Assembly: GCA_013265495.1 (NCBI GenBank) | Contig: MU058718.1 | Coordinates: forward strand, 4,547,648 to 4,611,647 | Length of the DNA stretch: 64,000 nt | Source of the DNA: Vicugna vicugna | Taxonomy: Eukaryota | Direction: 5' to 3' | In this document: piece by piece, positions 36,601 to 47,894 of the stretch | Layout of the letters: each line of letters opens with the position of its first letter | How positions within the stretch are numbered: the first letter of the stretch is position 1 | Position numbers and translations under genes: made by a program | Notes under the pieces: model-generated | Told to the model about the DNA's origin: nothing | Databases searched by the model: none | What the model saw: only the letters and a program-made list of their open reading frames with translations

Positions 36601-38419
36601 GGTGGATGGCAAAGCATAATTTTCTAAGAAATTAAAACATGACTCTCCTACAGATAAAGAATGAGTATGTGTCAAGTATTTGTTTAATTTATTTAATGAG
36701 GCAAGCAGCAGATAGGTAAAGGTGGTTCAAAGGAGAATTTGAGGACTAATAGGCTGAAATAAGTTCACTAGGTTAGAGTCAACACTGGTTAATAATAAGT
36801 AAGCCATACCCACTGGTTATGACTTTCTTGAATAGACAAAATCATTGGCATCTCTACTATGTGAAATGATATAACATATAAAATATATAGAAAGCATCAT
36901 ATTAACATATAATACCACAGAACCTGGGTTTTGTTCCTCAAATCTCCTAACCACAAAGATGTTACTGAGAGAGTTTTCCAGTGAAAGAAAAAAAAATTCC
37001 ATCTAATGCCTACTGGACGTTTTACATTGTGAAAATGCAACTGGAACTAGAAAGGTCTCCTCACATCTAGAGGGAATAAAATAAATTGATGTATGATTTT
37101 TAAGAAGCATGACTAAATAAGGAATCATGTCTGTATAATTTCAAAGTCATGAAAAGATATTAATCATAATTAAATTTCTGCTAGGAAGACATTTCAAGCA
37201 GAGATCAGACGCCAGGCTACTTGATTACACAACTACAGGACAGTCACCCTGCCAGCGGCAGGGATACAGTGGTTTAGATTCAGTGTCTAAATATTTAATA
37301 CCCGGTGGGAAGCAGGCAGTTGGAACGAACACTGTAATGAGGAATAACAGAAATCAGCTAGAAGGGCAATGGACAGGTCCCTATCGATTATGTCGCATGT
37401 AAAGAGAAAAGGTGATTAATAGAAACAAGAGAGAGAGAAGCAGGAATGACAGTTTTTTTCAGCTGCAAATGGAAACCGCACACTTGTAAAGGTCATGTCC
37501 AGCCATTTAGAAATAAAATATCCATCTTAAAGAAGAGTAATGCTGCCTTAAAATAGAAATGGAGAGACCATCTATTCGGCCAAATTTCTAAATTCTTGTG
37601 TTCCTTTTAGTTGTAAAATCGTAGAGTTTTCAGCCAGTCAAAAATTTCAAGTATAAAACCAGAAGACCAGATCATTTTTAGTAGATCTAGTTTGGAATTG
37701 CTTAAAAGGAACAGTGGTTTTGGCTTTCTGGGTTCATATGTTTTAAGGCTCTTTCTTCTTAGGTGGGAATTAAATGCCCACAGTCTGGAGAAAAAGAGAC
37801 AAAGGAAAATGTTTTTCAATTGGCAAGGTACTGTCCACAAGGATCTGTAATGGGTGTCAGTCGGCGTAACCGAAAATTAAAACTAATTTATCTGAAGCTG
37901 CTTAAGGTACTTCTATGCCATCTGATAGTCTCCTGCGCTACCCACGTGGTTGTCATTTCCTTCTTTTATCTTTGTCCCACGACGTTGCACACAGCATTAT
38001 GAATGTAGACTGGAAGGACAGGGGAGACGCTACCCTGGCAGAACCATCTGTTCTTGTTACACAAACCATCCATTTCTGCTGTTCAGCGCACACCGCATTC
38101 ATCCTTGGCAGTGACCTCTCATGCACTCCATTACCGGCTGGTGTGTTTAAAAGCTCTGGTACCCTGGATGGATGTTTCTGGAGAGATACACTTCCTAAAC
38201 TAGCTCCCAGGGAGGGACTTTTGTTCCTGCCCACTGTCCTTTTTCACTTTCTCATTTACTTTTCCTCTTTCCTTTTTCCCTCTGGAGAACTCAGAGCACA
38301 TTTTTCTCCTAAGGGCTTAATTATACTGTCTTGGGCTCTGCGACCGCTCCACGGGTGGCTGTTGATTGTAGGACACCCCATTTGTCTTGAGAGCCTCTCT
38401 CTTCAGTAGGCACAGAGGC

Positions 38420-38545
38420 GGCCGTTATTCGCTCCATTACAGCTGGGGACACTGAAATGCAGGGAAAGGACACTTGCCTGAAGTCATGTGGAAAGTTGAA
38501 GACTGAGACCCACCCAGAACTCAAGTCTTTTGACTTGGTTGACTG
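38420..38545 (-). mobile_element. MIR/MIR3 fragment
   Basis: ccattacagctggggacactgaaatgcaggg...acttgcctgaagtcat...agaactcaagtcttttgact. Confidence 0.55.
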
Positions 38546-38909
38546 CTCCCATATTTATATCAGTTCTGCAACACACACACACACACATTGGGTAATGCCA
38601 CTCTTCTCCACACCTCCATGCCTGTCCATAAAAAGAAGCTCCAAAGATAAATAAGGCACTCAGTGTGGGTGTGTGGACGGCTTACTCTTGTGTCAGGAGG
38701 GAGTTACAGAGAACGCCCAGCAATCAGATATGTTAAGCATGCTAGTGAGGTACTTAGCACACAGGAGATGGTATTGTGGTTTATAATTTGGTACTTAATA
38801 ATGTAGACTCAGCCTGTGATTCCTTCCTGTACACACATCACACATGGAGACCACTACAAATACATGTTGCTTCTCCTAGGATTTACAGATTTGCAAATCT
38901 TAGCAAATC

Positions 38910-39610
38910 TTAGCATTGGAAGGGATTTTAGATGTGAACTGACTGGTGTGGAATATACTGAAAGCATCTCCCTCGACTCAGGCACCCTACTTCACTTACT
39001 ACATTTTAAGTTTTATGCTCTTTTAAAATTAGAAAAAAATTTTGTTAAAGTATAGTTGATTTACAATATTTCAGGTGTATAGCAAAGTGATTCAATTATA
39101 CATATATTTATATAAATATGTATCCTTTTTCAGATTCTTTTCCATATAATATAGGTTATTATAAGATATCAAATATAGTTCCCTGTACTATACAGTAGGC
39201 CTTGGTTGTATATCTATTTTGTATATAGTAGTGTGTATCTGTTAATCAAATTCTAAATTCATCCCTCCCCACCTTTCTCCTTTGGAAACCATAAATTTGT
39301 TTTCCATGTCTGTGAGTCTCTTTCTGTTTTGTAAAGAAGTTCACTTGTAGCATTTTTTTAGATTCCACATATAAGTATCATGTGACATTTGTCTTTCTCT
39401 GTCTGACTTCCTTCACCTAGTATGATAATCTCTACGTAATTGTAGGCTCTTTTGATTGTAAGGTGAATCACTCTGTCCACTAAAACCCCTGGGTCATTTT
39501 CTCACAGACTACTGTAAGGCCTGTTTTCCCTCTTCTTGCATTTTCGCAGTTGAATTTTTAAACCCAAGAGCTGCATTTACATATCCTTATTACGTTCCAC
39601 TTTTCTGAAC
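38910..39610 (-). mobile_element. L3/CR1 fragment interrupted by L1
   Basis: actaaaacccctgggtcattttctcacag...gcagttgaatttttaaacccaagag...atttacatatcctt. Confidence 0.5.
39039..39437 (-). mobile_element. Camelid-type L1 3' end
   Basis: ttaaagtatagttgatttacaata...ccctgtactatacagtaggcc...gattccacatataagt. Confidence 0.9.
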
Positions 39611-39644
39611 AGTCAAGGATATTCTGAGTTCCCCTTTCAACATC

Positions 39645-39880
39645 TATCAGAAATCTCGGGGTCACTCTCGGCTCCTCACTTCTTCTCACACCTCACATCC
39701 ATTCCATCTGCAGAGTCGGTCACCTTGGCCTTTAAAACATATTGGATGCAGTTCCTTCTTGTGCATCTGCCATTATTACTCTAGTCTGAGCCACCACCAT
39801 CGCTTGCATAGGTCTTAGCCCCTGCTGTCATCTCAGCCTCTACCCTTATTCCCTGACAGTCTGTTTTGTTCCACTGTTAA
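39645..39880 (+). mobile_element. L2 fragment
   Basis: agaaatctcggggtcactctcggctcctc...cacacctcacatccattccatc...actctagtctgagccaccaccatc. Confidence 0.65.
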
Positions 39881-40501
39881 AATTTAATGATCTTCCTTCT
39901 GAGGAGAGAGGATATGGCACAGACACACAGAGAACAGCAGCTTCAGTCACAAGTCACAAGTAAATACAGAGCTCAGTTTGTCAGATCTTTACAAAAACTC
40001 ACCGATCAGTTCCAGCAGACTTGCCTCAAGCAGTGGGGAGCCCCATGCCTGTCGAAGCTACCTCACCTGTGATGTTCCTTGACCCAGGCACCGGTCTCTG
40101 TTTCAGGGTGGCATAGAATTTTCCTCTTTTAAAATTTTGAGTGATTTGAACTCATAGTTGACAAGCCAAATAACATTAGGATTTTACTAATAGCTGCAAA
40201 TAAAAATGTGCAATTAGTGTGGTTCAGGATGTGACGTGAGTTCTCAACGCTGTGGTTGAGGCCACCCAGTGACCTGACCAAACTAGAGTTTCATGACTTA
40301 GTGACAAAGAGACAGGTGTTCCCAGGCCAGGACACATAAAAATTTCTCAAGATAACCGATAAATAAAAGAGAAAAATATAAGGAGAAAATCAGGTTCCCT
40401 GTTGTCTGCCACCCAATGGAAACCAGATGATCAGGGCATAGAACAGAAGCCTGTCTCCTGGCACCACTACCACCTCCAGAGAGAACGGAACAGTAGTTGT
40501 G

Positions 40502-41332
40502 TGTAAAACAGAACCAGACCTGGCCAAGAACTAGGCTGAATCCAGGAACCAAGAGACAAATGGTTAGAAATGGAAATCGGGTTGTTGGGAATAAAAATTC
40601 CACATTTCCACAGCTTTTGACTTCAGGAGCTGAGAAAGACAAACCTGGATGAAAGAAGCCTGAGTCATGCATTTATCAGGTAACATAGCTAATTAAGCCC
40701 CAGGGGGTGAAAGAAAAACTCAAGAGGTTGAGGCGGGAAGCCCCATAAAAAAACGGCAGGGCCCCCAAGCAGGGCCACTAGTCTGGTTCCGGCACCATCT
40801 GGCTCCCTGGCCCAGAAGCTCTATCTCACTTTTCACCTCTGAAATGGCTTACTTTCCCCTAAAATTCTATTGGTTCCCTGAGCTCACTTCTGATTGGTTA
40901 TTTCCTTCACTCCTGATTGGTTATTACTCTCACTTCTGATTGGTCCACTTCCCTAACTTCTGATTGGCCCACTTGTAGTACTTCATTTGCATGGGGCTCA
41001 CTCCTGATTGGTTATTCCTCTCACTCCTGATTGGTTATTTCTCTCACTCCTGATTGGTTCTCTCACTCCTGATTGGTCTATTTCTACAAAGCTTGTTCTT
41101 GGTTGGTCAACTTCTGTTATACCCTATTTGCATATGATGCTGCAAAGTATAAAACTGGCAGCCTATAAAAGCCTGTGTAAACCTAAAGCTGGGATGCGGA
41201 GCTTGGCGTGTTAACTTTTCTGGTGCCGCTGGTGCCATAAACCTGAGTTCTCCAGCTCTCCAAGTGCTGCTTGGTCTCTCGCCGGGATCCAGGTTACTGT
41301 CACAGCTGAGCTGTAACACCGAGCTGAAAGCA
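40502..41332 (+). mobile_element. ERV1/gammaretrovirus-like solo LTR with tandem CCAAT array
   Basis: TG start, AP-1 tgagtca 40661, nine ATTGG boxes 40869-41076, two ATTTGCAT octamers, TATAAA 41164, cataaa 41236, CA end (41318 or 41332); TSD not resolved. Confidence 0.75.
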
Positions 41333-41789
41333 GTAAGAAACTGAAAGGATCTTTACTTGCAATCTTTCGCAAAGACGACCAGCCTTCAGAATTGGGTTTC
41401 CAAGTAAAGTAAACAGCAAGTATTTAAGGAAAAAAGCCCTTCAAGGTTACCACTGGTTAGCTGTTCATGATGGGAAACAATGACAGGTTTCTCACATAAT
41501 GATTACATCTGTAGGATTATGAACTCTCTGTAGATGCTAGTACAGCAAAAGTCAAGGGTAAACAGGTTCACTCTTGAGTTAGCAATTTTGGGGAAGGGGC
41601 TCAAGGTCTCATTTATTTTGAGGGCTAATGTTTGATAGGATCTTACTATTTTCAAAGTTTATCTCCTGATATAAAGTGCTTTTGAAAAAACGTTATTTAA
41701 AATTTTTTTTAGTATGGAGTGTGTTTGGTCACAATGGTGGCAGAGCAAGACAGAGCTTTGCTTATTCATTGTATGTATCAGTTTCTCTG

Positions 41790-42170
41790 GTTAATGTCTG
41801 TCTTCTGCTTTTAGAATGAAAGCTCTATGAAAGGTTTGTTTTCTACCATATCTGCATACCTGGACTAGTGTCTTGGCACATAGCACAGGAGAAACTACAT
41901 TTGATATTTTTGTAGTAGCTTATGGTGAAAGATAATATGAAAACAAATACATGTATATTCATGTATGACTGAAGCATGGTGCTGTACACCAGAAATTGAC
42001 ACAACATTGTAAACTGACTATACTTCAATTAAAAAAAAGTAAAACAAAAAACCCCAAAAAGCATTGTAAATCAACTATACTGCAATAAAAAATAAAATAA
42101 AATAACTTAAAAAATAAAGCACATAGTAGGTAAGTATGCAATAAATATTTGTGAAAGGAATGAATGGATT
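41790..42170 (+). mobile_element. L2 3' end split by L1 insertion(s)
   Basis: ttagaatgaaagctctatgaaagg...gtgtcttggcacatag resumes as gcacatagtaggtaag...aataaatatttgtgaaaggaatgaatg. Confidence 0.7.
41884..42118 (+). mobile_element. Two stacked camelid-type L1 3' ends
   Basis: cattgtaaactgactatacttcaatt+A tail, then gcattgtaaatcaactatactgcaat+A tail; gcacatag repeated at 41876-41883 and 42119-42126. Confidence 0.8.
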
Positions 42171-42359
42171 TGGGATAGTAGATGTTTGTTCCAGCTTTGG
42201 ACTTCTATGAATTTGATAACCTACATTCTGTGTCATCAAACTAGCTGCTATGACATTAAATATTGAGGGAAGTCTGAGCAGACTGATGTTAATCCTCTGA
42301 CTTACAACTCTTGGGGATGGTTAATGGAGTGATTTCTCTCAGACTGATGTCCCCACATT

Positions 42360-42505
42360 TTTTTTTTTGGCTGGGAGAGGGGGAGGTAATTATGTTTGTT
42401 TGTTTGTTTGTTTGTTTATTTATTTTTAATAGAGGTACTGGAGATTGAACCCAGGACCATGCTTGGTAAGCAGGTGCTCTATCGCTTGAACTATACCCTC
42501 CCCTC
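42360..42505 (-). mobile_element. Vic-1-type SINE (long-tail form)
   Basis: Antisense head, (TTTG)n/(TTTA)n, ggaggtaatt linker, poly-T; cccacatt repeated at 42352 and 42507. Confidence 0.9.
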
Positions 42506-43089
42506 TCCCACATTCTTGAATGTTGAAATTGAAAGCTTCATTATAGATGAGTTGATAGGGGAGACCACTGAAAGCTGTGACTGGAACCATACAGGATGGC
42601 AGTGACTCTTTCAGAAAAGTCCTGCAAGGCAAGAGTTGAGTCTTTCTTTTCCCAGGCATGGCTCAGAATTGACAGCACTCTTGATTGCATTGATTATTAT
42701 CAACACCTTATTCAAATGTCAGCTTTGTAGAATTGAAGTTTTTTCAGAAATGGTATTTTTTCACTGTTAAAGTTAGTTTCATCATTAATAAGCTACCTTT
42801 TTTTTTTTTTACTAAATTAGACTGGGTGTTAAATATACAGAAATAAAAGGGAGTGGTTTCTACCTTGAAAGAGCTACAAGTCCTATGAGAAGGACACTGT
42901 ATAAATAATCTTGCTCCTGTGTAGAAGGTGTTTACAATGTGCTACGGGAGTAGGCGGAAGGCTGGGGAACAAGGAAGGGCTCAGTTTAGATTGTCTACGT
43001 CAGTTGTGTTAAGGGCTGTCATGGAGGCAGAGGTAGTGGGAATGGAGAAGAGGGGACAGAAATGAGAGATGTCAAAGATTCAAGGTTTC

Positions 43090-43460
43090 TTTACCCAATA
43101 CTTATTGGGCATCTCCTACATGACATGCTCTAGGTTAAGTACTAGATCGTAGAGAATAAGGCATAATCTCAACCTTTGAGGAACTGGGAATCTTCTAGGG
43201 TAGAACAGACAGAAAAATAAATGTTATGATGGAAGCATGTATATATGCTACATGCTCAAAGAGGAGTCGGGGGCAACCAGTGGTGGGAAGGGAGATGATC
43301 AAGGTGATACTGAGCTGAGTCTTAACATGAGTTTTCCAGGTGGACCAGGTGGAGAAGGCAACCTGGAAAAAAGAGCAGAATGTGCTTAGGCAGAAGAGGC
43401 TGGAACAGTTGAGTCACTGGTGCTTGAGACAAAAGGAAGGTAATAAGCATAGGAAAAGAT
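43090..43460 (-). mobile_element. L2 fragment
   Basis: caatacttattgggcatctcctacatg...ggtgatactgagctgagtcttaa...gagttttccaggtgga. Confidence 0.6.
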
Positions 43461-43469
43461 TTAGCTAAG

Positions 43470-43932
43470 CTTATCATTCAGCTTTTGCTGTGTAACACAT
43501 CTCTCCAAAACTTCATGACTTAAAAACAACCACGATTTATTTATCTTATGATTCTATAGACCAGCAATTTGGGCTGGGCTCAGATGGGCAGTTCTTAGCT
43601 GGGCTCACTTTTATATCTGCCGTTGTTCTCAGGACAGCTGGGAGATACCTGATCTAGGATGGCCTTAGCTGGGATGACTCATCTCTGGTCCACGTGGTAT
43701 CCTGTCCTCTAACAGGCTAGCCAAGACAGTGCACAGAAGTGGGCTCAGATTAGCCTCCACAGCATCACTTCTGCTGCATTTTACAGGACAAAGCAAGTCA
43801 CAAGATTACTCCAGATTTATGGGGTAGGGAAACAGACTTCACCTCTTGATGAGAGGAGCTTGAAATGTACATTGCAAGGGGTGTGGATTCAGGGAGGTAG
43901 AACAGCTGTGACCCTTTTTGCTATTTACTACA
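43470..43932 (-). mobile_element. MaLR LTR (MLT1F/H-like)
   Basis: tttgctgtgtaacacatctctccaaaacttcatgacttaaaaacaacc...caatttgggctgggctcag...cacctcttgatgagaggagc. Confidence 0.75.
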
Positions 43933-44361
43933 ATATATATAAATATGGAAAAGAAAGATACTTAGGGCTTCTCTTCTCTGCAAATGTGGATTGGGGCAGA
44001 GAGCTTAGGAAATTGATATATCTTGGGAACATCAGGCTATAAAGAATAGAATAGGGGCATGATTAGAAAATGAATGGCTTATTGAGTAAGATGGAGGGTC
44101 CAGCTGAGAATGGAAACCATATGTTGGAAATGAAGCATGTTTAGGCTGTTTTCCTCCTCTGTCAGCTATGATGAACAGCAGAGATTTATCTGCATCACTG
44201 TGACTCTGATGGTTTTTCTCACAGCACACTTGTAGAATGCTGGAAAAGAGTTGACTCTTATAGCATTATTTTCTGATTAATGATAATAAATAATGACTTG
44301 GTGGCAGGTTTTTAGTGAAATTCAAGTCCTTTTATTTTCAGTATTAAAGCAACAGTTTTCA

Positions 44362-45690
44362 CTTTCATTCACTCACGCACTCATTAATTAATTAATTCAT
44401 TATTTCAATACATTTTTCTCTTGCATATCTACTCTGTGCCAGGTACCGTTCTAAGGGTAGGAAATACATTAGAGATTCAAACAGGAAACAGAGCTTTTGT
44501 GGAGCTTACATTTCAGTGAGAGGGGAGAGAAAGTAAACAAGATACGTTTGAAAACATAGAGTATGTTGATGATAAGTGTTAAAGATAAAAATAAAGCAGG
44601 GAAGGGGGATATGAAAAAATGTTTAAAAATTGTCACAGTTTTAGAAAGGATGTCAGGATTGGCCTCACCGAGAAGGTGCCATTTGAGAAAAGACGGGGAG
44701 GAAGTATGGAGTGAGAGGGGTGTTGGTGGGGGTGGATTTTAAGATCTTTAGTCAGTGTGATGGTCTTTCCTCTGAGTGAATTGAGGAGTCCATTGCGGAG
44801 GTTTTTTTTTTTTTTAATTGACATATAGTTGATTTACAGTCTGTTAGTTTCTGGTTATACATATGTATATTTTCCTTTTCATATTCTTTTTCATTATAGG
44901 TTATTACAAGTTACTGAATATAGTTCTCTGTGCCATACAGTACGTCCTTGTTGTTTATCTATTTTACATATAGTAGTTTGTATCTGCTAATCTCAAACAC
45001 CCAATTTATCCCTCACCCTACTCTTTCCCCTTTGGTAACCATAGTTGTTTTCTGTCTGTGAGTCTCTTGCTGTTTTGTAAATAAATTCATTTGTAACATC
45101 TTTTTCAGTTTCCACATATAAGTGATATCATGATATTTGTCTTTCTCTGTCTGACTTAGTTTATTTAGTATGACAGTCTCCAGGTCCATCCATGTTGCTG
45201 CAAATGGCATTATTTCATTCTTTTGTTATGACTGAGTAGTATTCCATTATATATATCACAACTTCTTTATCCAGTCATCTGTCAATGGACATTTAGGTTG
45301 CTTCTATGTCTTGCTTATTGTAAACAGTGCTGTTATGAATATTGCAGTGTATGTATCTTTTTGAATTAGAGTTTTCTCTGGATATATGCCCAGGAGTGGG
45401 ATTACTAGATTATATGACAACTCTATTTTTTGCTTTTTAAGGACTCTCCATACTGTTTTCCATAGTGGCTGCACTGTTGGAGAGTTTTAAGCAGAAGAAT
45501 GAGGCAATGTGACAACATTTTGAAAGGATTAAGTGTCGGCTGTCTTGAAATTAGAACTTCCTCTGAGACGTGGGGCAAGGACAGAGCAGGGGGGCCAGTT
45601 AGGAGGCTGTTGTACAGGAGAGGGAGGCTGGTGGCGGCGGTGAAGTCGGTAAGAAGTGGTCAGTTTCCCGAAAGATTTTGATGGCAAAGC
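44362..45690 (-). mobile_element. L2 split by a young L1
   Basis: tcattcactca...ctactctgtgccaggtaccgttctaagg...gaggagtccattg resumes as ggagagttttaagcagaag...ccagttaggaggctgttg. Confidence 0.7.
44802..45473 (-). mobile_element. Camelid-type L1 3' UTR plus ORF2 C-terminal remnant
   Basis: Poly-T; minus-strand [14 protein letters not shown]...LSQTEKDKYH is an L1 3'-end signature. Confidence 0.92.
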
Positions 45691-46094
45691 CCACAGTCTT
45701 CATCTTCTCTGTTGGACTTTTACTGTTTTAACTAAAATTATTTTCAAGGCTTATTGTATAAATAATACCTCTTCCCCCTGGTTTTCTCAAGGAACTTTCT
45801 TTGTAAGTCTTTTAGGAGAGTATCTATTCCATGACTGACCCTTGAAGTTTACACTAAACAAGGAGGTGAGGAAGGGGGTGAGGGGAGGGTGAAGTGAAGG
45901 GGAGAAAAGCGGAAAAGACATGATGTCTGATTGCCAGGCCTGGTTCCAGTCAAGGAGAATAGGAAGTCCTGACAAAAGTCTTGCTCCACTCTGCAGATTG
46001 TTTGGTTTCATTTTGGAAAAAGGAGTAGGAATGGTTAGGAAGATCCTATTGTAAGATTTTGATGATTAGGCCGGGAGAGTGGGCCGTGCCACTC

Positions 46095-46440
46095 ACTGGC
46101 TCATATTTGTTGTGCACCTACTGTGTGCCAGGCACACTGAAGATGCTGGGGATGTAAGGACAGTAAGACAGAGTGACAGCCCTCAGGATACTGTGTGACC
46201 CACAGACCCTTGCAGTCTTGTGGGTCACACAGTGGAGCACGCAGGCAATGCTGACACCGGGCTACGGGACACATGGAAGGTACATCTAACTTAGCTTTAG
46301 AGAGTCAGCGGGGACTTCCTGGAGGAAGAAGGCCAGAACCACAAGAAGCAAGTACCTAGGCAAATATAAATGGATAGGAGAGTGGTATTTCAGGCCGAAG
46401 AACAGAGTGTACGAAAGATGGAAGATGAGAAAGAGGGAAG
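46095..46440 (-). mobile_element. L2 fragment containing an inverted repeat
   Basis: atatttgttgtgcacctactgtgtgccaggcac...gctggggat...gagagtcagcggggacttcctggaggaag. Confidence 0.7.
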
Positions 46441-46791
46441 TTCCGAGTGCCTTAAGTGAAGGATGCTGGGAATCGGCAAATCATAAGACCAGATGACATG
46501 AGTAGGTCCTTGTAAACCACAAGACTGCCACAACATAACATTTCTGCCGTGTTCCTGTCTCCTGGCTTGCTTTGTTTTATTCTGGAAAGCAGCTACGTTT
46601 GTGACTGTACCATCAAGCCCTGCTTTTGTTTTATTTTTGTTTGAGCTTCTTGGGTTTTCCTCTTTTCTATTAGCAAGGGTATTAGAAATGAATCAAGGAA
46701 GAATCAGAGTTTACTATCAGCCACTGCAGATTTATTACAGATCTTAACAACCTCTGCTCTTAACTTAGCCTACTTGTTTGCTTCTATTGTT

Positions 46792-46932
46792 CCTGCTCCT
46801 CCTCCTCCTCCTCCTCCCCTCCCCTTTCCTCAAATCCTCCCCTCCCCCTCCTCCTCCTCCTCCTCTCTCTCCCCCCTAGGGCCTCATGCATGCTAGGCAT
46901 GGGCTCTCCTGCTGAGCTGTACTCCTGCCCCC
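46792..46932 (-). mobile_element. Vic-1-type SINE 5' half fused to a (GAG)n tract
   Basis: Head ggagtacagctcagcaggagagcccatgcctagcatgcatgagg (minus strand); tctattgtt repeated at 46783-46791 and 46933-46941. Confidence 0.75.
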
Positions 46933-47721
46933 TCTATTGTTTATTCTTTATGAGCATGTAAAAATATCATGGACACAGAGTTCCTGCCACTGCAGTGTCC
47001 AACTTTTGCTAGGGAACATGAAAACAAGACACATTTACACATATTATTGGTGAATCTATTTCCTTCCTTCCTTCTTTCGTCTCTCTCTCTCTCTTTCTTT
47101 CCTCTTCTCCTTTAATTCTCATTTTATTAGAATTAGAACCCTTCTCTGATGACTGTGCTTCATGTGGGTGCTTGAAGCACAAAGAATCTGTTTATGAAGA
47201 CTTAATAAAGGGATGGAGACTCCAGGTGAAGAAGGAAATGCAAACTTGAGTCCAGTGGAAACTTTTGCCTGGAGAGGGGGATGCGTTCTCTCTCCTCTTC
47301 CCATCTCCCAGGTACCCTTCCATTTGTGCCGGCTCAGCCTTATCCTGTCCTTCCAGTTCACTCTCTTGCTGCTCTGCAGTCAAAGTTGATGTTAAATCAC
47401 TCCTTTGTTGCTTAGGAGACTTTACATCTGGAAGGAATTTAGAGATTATCTGGATTATTGTTCCCCATCTACCAATAAGGAAACAGCCTCTGAGAAGTAA
47501 AGAGCTGGCCTTCAGGCACGTGTCCCATCCACTGCCGAGCCCAGAGGAGCCCTCAGACCAGAAGCTGGGTTTGCTGACTTGAATATGAGGGTCTGTTCCC
47601 TTCATCTGTTAACTCTCGCCAGAGGCAAAAATTAAAAAAAAAAAAAAAAGGAAAAAACCAGCAGTCTCAAGATTCCATGGGTTTTTGCTTGATATGACTA
47701 CTTGTTCAAAACACTTGGGTA

Positions 47722-47894
47722 GGGAGGTGGATACAGCTCAGTGGTAGAGGTCCTGAGTTCAACCCCCAGTACCTCCATTGAAATAAACAAATAAATAATA
47801 AAAATGAATAAATCTAATCACCCCTTCCCAAAACAAATGAACAAACAAACAAAGAAAAAACTAAAAACTATAGGGGAAAAAAAAAAAGAAAAGA
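47722..47894 (+). mobile_element. Vic-1-type SINE with anticodon-arm deletion
   Basis: agctcagtggtagag joined to gtcctgagttcaacccccagtacctcca; long A-rich tail; imperfect TSD aaa(a/c)cactt(g/a)gg(t/c)ag. Confidence 0.85.

Noticed and set aside
40860..41110. CRISPR-like array (also the three subrepeats at 9420-9606 and 63402-63593)
   Set aside because: Mammalian DNA; these are degenerate LTR-internal tandem repeats, with no unique regular spacers and no cas genes.
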